Of a stretch of DNA of 64,000 nt, positions 53,112 through 62,915 are shown in pieces. This DNA is from an uncultured Gammaproteobacteria bacterium. Its GTDB lineage: Bacteria; Patescibacteriota; Patescibacteriia; VMEV01; CAZAJQ01. The notes below the pieces were generated by a model, which made no database searches, was not told where the DNA came from, and was given only the letters and a program-made list of their open reading frames with translations. The stretch covers positions 142,014 through 206,013 of the forward strand of contig CAZAJQ010000001.1 of the NCBI GenBank assembly GCA_964485795.1, in the 5' to 3' direction. Both the position numbers and the translations under genes were made by a program. How positions within the stretch are numbered: position 1 is the first letter of the stretch; each line of letters opens with the position of its first letter.

Positions 53112-55243
53112 TTCCCCTCGATCCGAAACACGTCTCTGGTCATGACGACGATATCCAGCATACCGTCATGATCCATATCCGACAAGGCCAAAGTGATTTC
53201 TGACGTGCCGTTGTTTCCAAAAGCTTGAAAGGATTCGCCGCGATGGCCGTCCATGTCAAAAACCGCGACTTGGGAATCGCCTCCGAGAACGGGACTGGCG
53301 ACGATTTCATCACGGCCGTCGCCGTCAAGATCGCCGGACACGACATGCACTCCGCCGCGAAACGTCGAGTCAAACGCGAAAAATCCGGCGTTCACCGCGC
53401 GTCCGTCCGGTCTGAACATGCGCACATGAGGCCCGCCCCCGACACCCGCGCCCGTGATGATTTCTTTTTGCCCGTCGCCGTCAACGTCTCCCACGGCGAC
53501 ATTCACCCCTCCGCGGAAATTTTTCTCATACGCGAAAAAACCGTCCGAAAGCAATTTTCCGCCGGTATTGAAAATCCTCACATGCGGGCCGCCGCCCTCA
53601 CCCGCGCCGGTAACGATCTCAAGGGTTCCGTCTCCTTCAAGATCGGCGACCACAAAATGCACCTCGCCGGTATAAGCTTCTCCGTACGGAAAAAATCGAA
53701 GCGTCAGCTCCCCGTTTTCTTCAAAGATGCTGATGGCGCCGTTTTGCGCCGTGAGGATTTCTTTGATGCCGTCAAAATCAATGTCCTGCTTGAGCACGGC
53801 TTCGTCTTCTTTTTGCGTCGATTCATAGGCGAAAAAACCGTTGCGAATCACCTCTCCGGACGCGTCGAACACTCTGGCAAAGGCGCCGTTTTCAAACACC
53901 GATGACGCGATTTCATTGAGAGGGTGCAAAAGCAGTATGCCGTCTTGGCCGTTGAGCGTCAGCTCGGAAACGATGCGTCCGTCATTGATATCCGGATCTT
54001 GACCGCCTCGTAATTTTTCATGGTCATAGGGCAAGGCGATGACGCGTTCGTCATAGGTGGAATTCACGAAAACGCTTCCATAGTCAAAATCGCGTCCCCA
54101 TACCCCCCTGCCAGAGGCAGGCAGGCTTCCGGAGGCATCCTTGCCGAGTGGAAACATGTTTTTCGCATCCGTTGTCGGAAATCCCAAATTCGCGTCATAC
54201 TCGTCATACCGCCACACATAGGTGCGGTCTTTGGGTCCGTTGTCAAAATTAAAATACGCATTTCCGAGCAAGGAGCTGCCCAAGGCGTATCTCATGGCGC
54301 GATAATCGTCGAATTTTCCGGAATCATTGACATCAGCGTTGAAAAAAACGGCTCTGGGACTTTTTCCAAAGCTGTCTTTTTCGATCTCTCGATAATTTTT
54401 CATGGCGCCGTTCCAACCGCCGCGCTCAAGATAGGGAAAATCCTCAAAACCTCGGCCATTGAGATGATCGGTGTAATAATTTCCAATGGTATTGCCGATG
54501 AGCAGGTATTCGTCTCCCACGATTTCGCGCATTTTCTTGAAAAAACCTTGATGACCTTCTTGCCAACGCCGGTCGATGAATGCGGCTTCATCGGCTTTTC
54601 CGTCATGGTCGATATCGATGCCTGCGGCCGACCACGATATCGAGTCCCATACCACGTCAAAAAAGATGCCGTCCCACAGCCCGCTTCCAAGCATTTGAAC
54701 CGCAAGATAGGTCGCGAGAAAATCGCCGTAAGTTTGTCCCTCCTTGTTTTTTCCGCTGAGATTCATAACCACGTTTTTTGGCCAAAGGCTGATTTCCTTA
54801 TTTTCCGCCGTGTTCAGATACCACTCCTCCGACATTTTTGAAGCCAAATCATGGTAGATTCCCTCGCGATCGATTTCGACGTCTTTGAGCCCGTACTTGG
54901 GAAACTCGGTGAGATTGAAATACGCCAAGAGTATGATATCGGGGTTTTTCTTCCGAAGCGCGGTCAAAAGATCCTTTCCCACTTCTTGGGCGGCGGGATG
55001 GAAAATCGCCACATCATATTTTGAAAATTCATCGGCAAGGTCGGCTCCGAGGTGATACTGGGAGCTGGAAAGGTACATCATGCCCGTACGTGGAAAATCG
55101 TGTTTTACTATCGACTCTTTCCAGTTTTGCGCAAACGCTGGGGCCATTCCCTGCGGGAAACTCGCGGAAACGAAAAAAACGCCCAGAAAAATGGGGCGAA
55201 GGAGTTTCATGAAAAGGCTGTTTTCACGGAAAAAAGAGATCAT
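53108..55243 (-). CDS. secreted protein with C-terminal FG-GAP/VCBS-type repeats and an N-terminal putative glycoside-hydrolase-like domain
   Basis: Signal peptide and four calcium-binding-type repeats (DGDGTLEIVTGAGEGGGPHVRIF, DGDGQKEIITGAGVGGGPHVRMF, DGDGRDEIVASPV, DHDGMLDIVV). The N-terminal approximately 400 aa are TIM-barrel-like; that assignment is weak. Confidence 0.6.
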   Translation of the reverse strand: MISFFRENSLFMKLLRPIFLGVFFVSASFPQGMAPAFAQNWKESIVKHDFPRTGMMYLSSSQYHLGADLADEFSKYDVAIFHPAAQEVGKDLLTALRKKNPDIILLAYFNLTEFPKYGLKDVEIDREGIYHDLASKMSEEWYLNTAENKEISLWPKNVVMNLSGKNKEGQTYGDFLATYLAVQMLGSGLWDGIFFDVVWDSISWSAAGIDIDHDGKADEAAFIDRRWQEGHQGFFKKMREIVGDEYLLIGNTIGNYYTDHLNGRGFEDFPYLERGGWNGAMKNYREIEKDSFGKSPRAVFFNADVNDSGKFDDYRAMRYALGSSLLGNAYFNFDNGPKDRTYVWRYDEYDANLGFPTTDAKNMFPLGKDASGSLPASGRGVWGRDFDYGSVFVNSTYDERVIALPYDHEKLRGGQDPDINDGRIVSELTLNGQDGILLLHPLNEIASSVFENGAFARVFDASGEVIRNGFFAYESTQKEDEAVLKQDIDFDGIKEILTAQNGAISIFEENGELTLRFFPYGEAYTGEVHFVVADLEGDGTLEIVTGAGEGGGPHVRIFNTGGKLLSDGFFAYEKNFRGGVNVAVGDVDGDGQKEIITGAGVGGGPHVRMFRPDGRAVNAGFFAFDSTFRGGVHVVSGDLDGDGRDEIVASPVLGGDSQVAVFDMDGHRGESFQAFGNNGTSEITLALSDMDHDGMLDIVVMTRDVFRIEGK

Positions 55244-55406
55244 ATCTAAACCTAAGGCAAGGGAAATTTAATGCAAAATTGAAAATAAATTATACAATAA
55301 AATAATAAAAAAAGCAACACTCTTCGAAAATATACAAAAATAACTGAAAAAAAGAAGGATATTGAAAGAAAATTATACCATAGAAATGAGGTTTTCATTA
55401 TTTCAC

Positions 55407-55690
55407 CGCTTACAAACGATGCCGCCACTCCGCCTACCGACGAAGCACCACCCCTGCCAGAGGCAGGCCTCCGTAAAGGAGCGCTCGTTTCGAAGCAAGG
55501 TATATGCCGCTTATCGCCGAAGCACTACCCCTCTGCCCTTCGGGCATCTCCCCTTGTCCAAGGGGAGGTGGCCGGAGGCCGGAGGGGTGAGCTCCGTGAA
55601 CATGGAGCTTACCTTGTCCGAACCGGAGGCCTGCCTCTGGCAGGGGTGAGGCTTCGTCGATAAACGGGGAGTGTCCCGTCGATACGCGGA
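55407..55690 (+). repeat. GC-rich structured repeat element (family G), copy 2, bounded by 33 bp terminal inverted repeats
   Basis: Left arm CGAAGCACCACCCCTGCCAGAGGCAGGCCTCCG. Right arm is the reverse complement of CGAAGCCTCACCCCTGCCAGAGGCAGGCCTCCG. Internal module CGAAGCACTACCCCTCTGCCCTTCGGGCATCTCCCCTTGTCCAAGGGGAGGTGGCCGGAGGCCGGAGGGGTGAGCTCCGTGAACATGGAGCTTAC. Confidence 0.8.
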
Positions 55691-55718
55691 AAAAAAATAA
55701 AAGCCCATACGAGTATGG
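55691..55718 (-). terminator. putative rho-independent terminator downstream of the minus-strand gene 55743..56798
   Basis: CCATAC GA GTATGG hairpin preceded by an A-run, which is a T-run on the minus strand. Confidence 0.45.
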
Positions 55719-55742
55719 ACTTTTATAATGAACGAAATTGAA

Positions 55743-56798
55743 TTATTTCTTGCACTTTTCATGCACTCTCTTCAGAGTGCAAAACTCTTTGACTACTTCA
55801 ATGAGAGCCGACACAAACTGGAGACATATCTCCTTTTCTTGTCTTAACATTAACTTGGTCAGCTCATGCGCATCTGATATTTCTTTTTTTTCGCGATTAA
55901 AAGATATCTGAAGCGTCTTTTCCTGCGCGTTCAAGGCTATTGTTTTGTCTTGTGCAGCCTTCTGCTCAAGCTCATTTTTTTGCTTCACAAGAGCCTCGTT
56001 TTGACCTTGTTCAAGTACCCTTTTTTGCGCTAACAGAATCTCACCATGATTTTTTTCGAGAGCCTTTTTTTGAGCCTCGAGAGCTGAAGATTTTTCTTTT
56101 TCAAGATCACTCTTCTGCTTTTGAAGTGCAACGGATTGTTTCGTGCTGAACTTTTTGTGAAGCCAATGATCGGTATTATCAAAGACTCCATTCAGTTCAA
56201 GTTTGAAAGCAGCTTCTAATTGATTTTTTTGCTCGGTCAAAGCATCTTTCTTCTTTTCGAGAAAGAAAGCTTGAACTTGATGTCCGGGATCAGACACGAC
56301 CTTTTTCAGCTCATCTTTTACAGCTTTCGTTACGGCATCCTGCTTTTCATCGGAAATTTTTTTCGACAAAGCATGGGAGGGATCAGCAAGTATCTTTCTA
56401 AATTCGACATCGGCATCAAATTTCGCCTTGATACTTTCTAACTTCTTCACCACCTCTTCTCTTTTTGCAATATCCTTTTCTCGATCCCCAAGCTTCACCT
56501 CTTTAAGCTCCACCGAGGCTTCACGTTCTGCGAGGATATTGTCCTGATTTTTTTTCTGAGCTTCAAGAAACTCCAGAACAAGCTTCTTGACGTCCGCATG
56601 CTCGGAATTCGTGTCAAAAATCTTCAATTGCTTCATGACTTTTTCAAGGTTTGCATTCTGATCTTTCAAAAACTTCACCTTATTTTCAGCAGCAATCCTT
56701 AACTTTTTTTCGTTTTCCAAGATTTTAGTCTCTTCATTCCCGAAAATACTTGAAAAACACCACAACACAGCACAAAAACTAAATACAACCTTTTTCAT
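55743..56798 (-). CDS. secreted K/E-rich coiled-coil protein
   Basis: Signal peptide (FSFCAVLWCFSSIFG), then heptad-rich charged sequence throughout. Confidence 0.5.
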   Translation of the reverse strand: MKKVVFSFCAVLWCFSSIFGNEETKILENEKKLRIAAENKVKFLKDQNANLEKVMKQLKIFDTNSEHADVKKLVLEFLEAQKKNQDNILAEREASVELKEVKLGDREKDIAKREEVVKKLESIKAKFDADVEFRKILADPSHALSKKISDEKQDAVTKAVKDELKKVVSDPGHQVQAFFLEKKKDALTEQKNQLEAAFKLELNGVFDNTDHWLHKKFSTKQSVALQKQKSDLEKEKSSALEAQKKALEKNHGEILLAQKRVLEQGQNEALVKQKNELEQKAAQDKTIALNAQEKTLQISFNREKKEISDAHELTKLMLRQEKEICLQFVSALIEVVKEFCTLKRVHEKCKK

Positions 56799-57034
56799 GA
56801 CAAAAACTCCTTTTCAGAAAATTAACCACTATTATAAAGAAACAATACGTTTTTTGAATAATATAAATTATCACAAAATAGTATATTGGTCAATATTGAC
56901 AGTATTGTATAAATATGGCAATTTATGAGATTGGTTTTTTATGGACCGTTGTTTACAATTCAATGATTTTTTTGATGAAAAAATAGTTATTTGAAGAGAA
57001 TTTTTTGTTTTTGAAAACAGAGAGGAAGAAAAAA

Positions 57035-60000
57035 ATGAATTTGGATGAACTGAAAATGTTTCTGCCGAAACAGGCAGCTATTATGGGGATCAAAGACATT
57101 CATACGAAAAACTTCAAAGTTCTATTCGCTGAAGTGTATGAAAGATTGGGACAATTCTTGAGGCTCTGCACACAAGAAAAGATTCCATTTTCGGATTATC
57201 TCTTGCAATTTGTCCGAGGCACGGAGTGCGGCTATCGGTACACGCCGGCTCATATTCTTGAACATGTTCTCAAACAAAGGGCATGTTATACGAATTGCCA
57301 AGACTTGATGGAGGATTATCCGGGGTTGAAGGATAAAATTGAATTACCGGCTTGCTCAAAATGCGGACTGCCAAAGCTTCCCTGTTACTGCGGTAATTTT
57401 CATTTTTGCCATTACTGCAAGACGGAAGAGATATTTCTTGTAGCATTGATAGCGAAGCTGGGACTCAATGTTGACCTCAACACAGCGGAAACAATTGAAA
57501 ATTTCAAGCATTATCTTTTCTATCAGTATGTCGCGAATATGCTTGAAATACTCGACGGGTGGAATTTTTTACCCCCCAGAGGAGGAATTCGCTCCTTGAT
57601 GGAGGACAAAATGAAACTCACCTGCTGCACATGGGGAAGACCTGATCTTTCGAAACTCACTCGCGCTCGCTGCGGAGGGCATGACTGCAACGGTGGAAAA
57701 GGATGTCTCATCATCACTTGCAAACCCTGTAATCAAAGTCGCGGAAGTCGCTGCGGACGCATCATCGGAGGCGTGACGACGATCGCGGTGGACACTCAAA
57801 GCGCCACTCCGATTGAAAACAGAGCTACGCAAATTGCAATCCCGATCGTTTCGCAACAGTCTCCACCGCAGCAGTCGCAACAAAAAAGCGAGGAAGCATT
57901 ACTCGAAGCCATGCTTGGAGATGATATGATCACGGGAAATGAAAACGAAAATCCCGAATTGTATCAAAGCGGTGAATTCGATGTTGACCCTACCCTTTTT
58001 CGGGAACCAACCGAAGAAGAAGGAGAAGAAAAGAAAACATCCAAAAATGAAGAACAAAAGGCTATCGTCTTCGATGAAATGCCTTTTTGGATGCAAGCGT
58101 TTTCCGTTTCGACGCACGATTTCAAACGAAAGTATCCGATACTTTCAAATGCGATCTTCATCGGGTTGATCTGCTCCATGTCTTATTTTATCATCAGGAT
58201 TCCGAGTATCATGGCCGTCATCGACTTTCCGGCATGGTTTGGGTATGCGATCATGGTGCTCTTCGGCATTCTCAATGTCGGCTTTGCCTTGGCGGTCTTT
58301 TCGCACTCGATGGCCGTTTTTTTTCAAACCGGGTTGCTCATTATGTGGAAAATAATGCCATGGAGTCTCTGGGACGCTTTTTGCGCATGGAGGCTGAAAA
58401 ACGCCTATCTTGCAAAAGAAGCCAAGCTCAAAGAGGAAATGGTGTATCTTCGGAAGGGAAAAGAAAAACTTGAAAAACGAAAAACGTTTTTCAAGATGGC
58501 AATGGTGCAGCCGCTCGCTTCAAAGAGGAGAATAAAGCTCTCTGAAGCGAACAAAAAACTCAATGCCGTGATCGCCTGCAATGCCGCTACGAATGAAGTC
58601 GTATCGCTTTTTGAACTGCTTTTGAAATGGTCATCGTCAAAGACCTATCAGATCTTCGGGGACATGCTTGTGCAAGCGCATGAAAGATTCAAAAGCATGA
58701 ATCTCGAAACTCAAACCGGGAAACTTCAAGTATTGGCCGAACGGCTCAATACCGCCATTTCCTGCGCCGAGATGGAAAAAACTTTTTCGGATTGGAAAGA
58801 AACGATCAAAGATAATGTGAACGAATTCTCCGACAACACTGAGTTGGTGGAAAGAAGCAGGAAATGTTACAAAGATTGGGAGGCGGAAGGAATAGACGAG
58901 AAGCGGCTTGCCGAGCGATTTGCGACGATGAGAAAGCTCATCGCTGAAACGCGAAGTATCTCCGCCGATATTCAAAAGCATGCTCGCGAAAAAGAGCGAG
59001 AAAAGTTGAATGATGGAAAAAAGGCTGAAAGAGAAAAATTCAAAGAAACGAAAAAGCGTCTCAAGCAAGAGCACGCTCTTCGCTGGAAGGAGAAAAAAAT
59101 GAATAGAGCTGGATATCTGTTTTGCACGCTCTATGCTCTCTTTGTACTCTTCGCAGTGATCAAACTCGAAGAGAAAAAAGAGGCGGAATCGGAAAAAATG
59201 AAACTCAGCATCCAAAAGGATGCGGAAAAACTTTTTCTCACGGCCGTCGAAAACCGTGATGCCGAGCTGACTCGGGCAAACGAAATTATCGACGGAAAAT
59301 TTTCCAATGATCAGGTTTATAAAAACTTGAAAGAAGTCGTCAAATGGCAACTGAAAAAGCTTGAAGAAAGCGGCCAAAAAATTGATGCTTTGGAAAAAGA
59401 AAGCGACAGTCTCAATGAAAAGCTCAAGGAAGAAAAAGTGAGTAAAGATAGGCTTGCCGCTCTCCTCAAAGATCAGAAAAAACTTGAAGAGCAAATTTCC
59501 AAACTTCAAAAGAAATATTCCGGACTCGAAAATTCCCACAAAGAGTTACAGGGAAAATTGGGAGACCAGAATACTCTCAAAAGCAAGCTTAAAACTTCGG
59601 AAGAGGAAAAGAAAAAGTTCAAAGAGCAGAATGAAGCTCTTACCAAGACCGTGGAGGATATTCGTCAGAGGCTTGGTGATCAAAAGAAACTCAATGACGA
59701 AATGGTTTCTCTGAAGTCGAAGAATGCAACGCTTGACGGAAAATTCAATACGCTTACCGGAGAGCACAATCTTCTCCTCGATAAGCTCAAGAATCAAGAA
59801 GCCCTCCTCAAACGCATTTCCGAGCTTGAAGCTGAAATCCGAAGTCAAAAGGTTCAAATCGCGGAGTTGGAAAAAGCTCTCAAAGAAGCACAAAACGCAA
59901 CGACCCTCGCTTCTCTGAAAGTTCCAGCACTCGAAGCTTCTTCCGAAGAAGCCAAGAGCAGGATCAAGGCTTATGAAACTCAACGGAAATTGATCGCCCT

Positions 60001-60112
60001 GAAGTACAAAAAAGAGCTTGAGGAAAAGCTCAAAAAGCTTCAACCTCAAGACGCAGACGGAAAAAAGAAGCTGGAAAGCAAAATCCAGCTACTACAAAAA
60101 ATCATTGAATAA
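57035..60112 (+). CDS. giant protein: N-terminal Cys-rich domain, central transmembrane block, C-terminal approximately 330 aa coiled coil
   Basis: 1025 aa from ATG 57035, which has a good AGAGGAAG Shine-Dalgarno sequence 7 nt upstream; the ORF track starts at 57005. Multiple CxxC-like clusters (CSKCGLPKLPCYCGNFHFCHYC, CGGHDCNGGKGCLIITCKPC), at least four hydrophobic helices, and a K/E/L heptad coiled coil to the C-terminus. Confidence 0.55.
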   Translation: MNLDELKMFLPKQAAIMGIKDIHTKNFKVLFAEVYERLGQFLRLCTQEKIPFSDYLLQFVRGTECGYRYTPAHILEHVLKQRACYTNCQDLMEDYPGLKDKIELPACSKCGLPKLPCYCGNFHFCHYCKTEEIFLVALIAKLGLNVDLNTAETIENFKHYLFYQYVANMLEILDGWNFLPPRGGIRSLMEDKMKLTCCTWGRPDLSKLTRARCGGHDCNGGKGCLIITCKPCNQSRGSRCGRIIGGVTTIAVDTQSATPIENRATQIAIPIVSQQSPPQQSQQKSEEALLEAMLGDDMITGNENENPELYQSGEFDVDPTLFREPTEEEGEEKKTSKNEEQKAIVFDEMPFWMQAFSVSTHDFKRKYPILSNAIFIGLICSMSYFIIRIPSIMAVIDFPAWFGYAIMVLFGILNVGFALAVFSHSMAVFFQTGLLIMWKIMPWSLWDAFCAWRLKNAYLAKEAKLKEEMVYLRKGKEKLEKRKTFFKMAMVQPLASKRRIKLSEANKKLNAVIACNAATNEVVSLFELLLKWSSSKTYQIFGDMLVQAHERFKSMNLETQTGKLQVLAERLNTAISCAEMEKTFSDWKETIKDNVNEFSDNTELVERSRKCYKDWEAEGIDEKRLAERFATMRKLIAETRSISADIQKHAREKEREKLNDGKKAEREKFKETKKRLKQEHALRWKEKKMNRAGYLFCTLYALFVLFAVIKLEEKKEAESEKMKLSIQKDAEKLFLTAVENRDAELTRANEIIDGKFSNDQVYKNLKEVVKWQLKKLEESGQKIDALEKESDSLNEKLKEEKVSKDRLAALLKDQKKLEEQISKLQKKYSGLENSHKELQGKLGDQNTLKSKLKTSEEEKKKFKEQNEALTKTVEDIRQRLGDQKKLNDEMVSLKSKNATLDGKFNTLTGEHNLLLDKLKNQEALLKRISELEAEIRSQKVQIAELEKALKEAQNATTLASLKVPALEASSEEAKSRIKAYETQRKLIALKYKKELEEKLKKLQPQDADGKKKLESKIQLLQKIIE

Positions 60113-60197
60113 AAAATGATCCGCGCTACTCGCGAGATCATGAAACGAAAAAGCTCTGTAAATTGTATACAGAGCTTTTCTTTTTTTCCTTCTCTTT

Positions 60198-60656
60198 TCA
60201 AGACATTCTCTTCTCCGCAAATACGGCTTTCTCAAGCACCACGACTCGCCTCTCAAGCTTCGCAACATCATGATACACCGCCACATCGTCCTCATTGGTA
60301 CGCTTATCAAGCCTGACGAGATTATCTTCGACCCTCTCGAGACGATCATCAATTTTATCAAGACGGTCTTCGATCCTATCAAGACGATTCTCGATGTCGG
60401 AAACCTCTTTCTGAAGGCTCTTGACAGCTGATTCAAGACCGTCCATGCGATGTTCCAGATTTTCCATGCGAACTTCCAATGCATCTATTCGCTTATTCAG
60501 GCTACGTATTTGCTCGCTCACGTCATCAAAAGAGCGCTTGATGATAAGCATTATCTCTTCGATCTTTTGGTCAAGCTTCTGATCGAGTTTTTTCTCAAAT
60601 CGGACTTCAAACTCATCAAACATGGAGCGCAGGACTTGCACGGTTTCATTATCCAT
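60198..60656 (-). CDS. coiled-coil protein with DRLxxIxDRL heptad repeats
   Basis: Repeating units (IENRLDRIEDRLDKIDDRLERVEDNLVRLDKR). No transmembrane helix. Confidence 0.45.
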   Translation of the reverse strand: MDNETVQVLRSMFDEFEVRFEKKLDQKLDQKIEEIMLIIKRSFDDVSEQIRSLNKRIDALEVRMENLEHRMDGLESAVKSLQKEVSDIENRLDRIEDRLDKIDDRLERVEDNLVRLDKRTNEDDVAVYHDVAKLERRVVVLEKAVFAEKRMS

Positions 60657-60796
60657 AGGCGTAGGAGGTTAAGATGAAATAAAAACCTACGTTTCGTACC
60701 TTTCGACCTTTGCTGGGAGTAGGAGCAGTATAGCATGGGGATGACGAGAAAAAAAGAACGCCGGAATCGGTGATTCCGGCGTGGATGGTTGGGAGG

Positions 60797-61315
60797 TTAC
60801 TTGTTATTTTTTTTTTGAAGCTCCTCAAAAGCCCTTTTGGCGGCTTTGTTTTCATCCACCAAACGTTGGAACTCTTCTTTCCAGTAAATCTTATCCTTTA
60901 TTAACTCATTTCTATCCTTGATCAACTCGTTGATTTTCATAGTGTTATTCAACGACTCATTCTCATAGAGTACCTGATGGGGAACCAGCACATGAAAATA
61001 ATACCAATACATCAGGCAAATAAGAATCGGAAGAAAAAGAAAAAAAAGGATTTTCCAGTCTATTAAAGTGATTTCCTCATGCGGAGGCATGAAAATGATC
61101 CTTCCATCATCTTTCTTTTGAAATTCCTCCAAGAAATCATCGAAGGCTTGCTGAGTGATCTGAATCACCGCCTTTTCCTGTTTCTTGAAAAACCCAGATT
61201 TTTCAAGAGCTTTTCTTTCAACGCTTGAGAGGCTCGCTTCTGTCCTAGAACCGATTTTTAGAAGATACTTCAGCTCTTCCAGAGCTTTTTTATCCATTTT
61301 TTTTTGTCCTTCCAA
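60797..61315 (-). CDS. hypothetical membrane protein with a coiled-coil C-terminus
   Basis: One transmembrane helix (LFFLFLPILICLMYWYYFHVL). Confidence 0.45.
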   Translation of the reverse strand: MEGQKKMDKKALEELKYLLKIGSRTEASLSSVERKALEKSGFFKKQEKAVIQITQQAFDDFLEEFQKKDDGRIIFMPPHEEITLIDWKILFFLFLPILICLMYWYYFHVLVPHQVLYENESLNNTMKINELIKDRNELIKDKIYWKEEFQRLVDENKAAKRAFEELQKKNNK

Positions 61316-61420
61316 AATAGATTTTTTTTATAAAATGAACATTTACAAACTTTTGAACTATGCTTTTTATCATATTTTTATGATTTCGTCAAATTCAGCT
61401 CGTCTAAGATCATCTATCGG

Positions 61421-61852
61421 TGAAGCAACACACTGCTTACCATCGAAGCCCCACCCCTCTGCCTTTCAGGCATCTCCCCTTACACAAGGGGAGGTGGCCG
61501 CAGGCCGGAGGGGTGAGTTTCGTGAACATGGGAGCTTAACGTATCCAGGCCGGAGGGGTGAGTTTCGTGAACATGGGAGCTTAACGTGTCCCGAGGTTGC
61601 GCTCCATGGATGAGTGCCTTTTCAACGTTCACTCCCCTGCTTGCCACCGAAGCCCTACCCCTCTGCCTTTCAGGCATCTCCCCTTGTCCAAGGGGAGAAA
61701 TTCATAGTGGTACGGGTTTCCTCCCCTTACACAAGGGGAGGTGGCCGCAGGCCCGGAGGGGTGAGTTTCGTAAACATGGGAGCTTAACGTATCCAGGCCG
61801 GAGGGGTGAGTTTCGTGAACATGGGGATTACCATGTCCCCGGAGGGGTGTGC
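61421..61852 (+). repeat. GC-rich structured repeat cluster (family G), copy 3, containing an internal approximately 200 bp segmental duplication and 43 nt tandem sub-repeats
   Basis: Two consecutive copies of the module CGAAGCCC(C/T)ACCCCTCTGCCTTTCAGGCATCTCCCCTT(ACAC/GTCC)AAGGGGAG...GGCCGCAGGCC GGAGGGGTGAGTTTCGTGAACATGGGAGCTTAACGT, each followed by a second GGCCGGAGGGGTGAGTTTCGTGAACATGG unit. Confidence 0.8.
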
Positions 61853-61951
61853 TAAACATTTACATGTTTCCTCGTAGTCGTGACTCGTCCTAAATAAAAA
61901 CACCGATATTCCTCCAAATACCGGTGCTAATGATTTTACTCAAAAAAAAAT

Positions 61952-62704
61952 TTAAAGACCAAGGAATCTGCGAACCCACTCTAGCGCATCCTTCACATAA
62001 AGGGATGTGAGTACTCCGAGTACAAAGAAACCGAAGAGGATAACAAAACAGAGCGCGAAGAGCCAAAACCCGAGCTTGTTTTCAACAACCGGGGCGGGCA
62101 TATAGCTCGTTTGAACAGTTACTGTTGAAGGGTTAATCACTGGCTGCTGAAGTTTCTCAAGCTGCACGATGATGGGATGATCATAGGTGAAAGTAGTATC
62201 ACTTTCTCCTATTTCTTCTGGAGTTTTCTTCTTAGTAGAAGAAGCAGAAATTTTTTTCTTTTTCTCAGCTTCCTCCTTAATCGCACCTCTATCCATCAAT
62301 TCGTTATAACTCTCCGCGGAAATCTCATTCACATTGATTATTTTTTTTCCTTCCCTCTCTACAAGGATGCCTTCTTTTTGCATCTCGGAGAATTCGCTAG
62401 CTGAAATTTTATTGATGTCAATCGACACCCATTTTTCCTCCTTGGCTGGAATCTTCTCCCGCACTTTCTTTTCTGCGCCTCCGTCTTTTTTAACATCTTC
62501 TTTTTGCACAGAGTTTTTAACTTCCGGGTTCTCTTTCTCCTTTATCACAATAGCCCCGGAACTCACCATTGATTCGATCTCCTCCTTTGAAAGAGAGGTA
62601 ATATTAATGCTGTCCCCATCTTGTCCCTGAGTGATCAAACGATTTGTAATACATTTCACTAGGAGGGCATTTAAACCCTCCATTTTTTTTAGCTCGATTT
62701 TCAT
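61952..62704 (-). CDS. hypothetical protein with a C-terminal membrane anchor
   Basis: 250 aa, K/E-rich, with a C-terminal transmembrane helix (FWLFALCFVILFGFFVLGVL). Confidence 0.45.
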   Translation of the reverse strand: MKIELKKMEGLNALLVKCITNRLITQGQDGDSINITSLSKEEIESMVSSGAIVIKEKENPEVKNSVQKEDVKKDGGAEKKVREKIPAKEEKWVSIDINKISASEFSEMQKEGILVEREGKKIINVNEISAESYNELMDRGAIKEEAEKKKKISASSTKKKTPEEIGESDTTFTYDHPIIVQLEKLQQPVINPSTVTVQTSYMPAPVVENKLGFWLFALCFVILFGFFVLGVLTSLYVKDALEWVRRFLGL

Positions 62705-62915
62705 GAGAAAATCCTTTCTTTAAAAAATAAAAAAAATAGAACCAAACAATTCAAGAACAAATATTTTTATCATATTTACTTACAAAAGTCAATATTTACG
62801 GTTCTCGACTTTTTATCATTTCGCTTATTTGAAAGAAAATACAATCATCGTATCAAAAAAAATAAACTCCCTTCATGTTTGAACATGGGGAGTTTATGTA
62901 TTGAGAAAAAAATTA

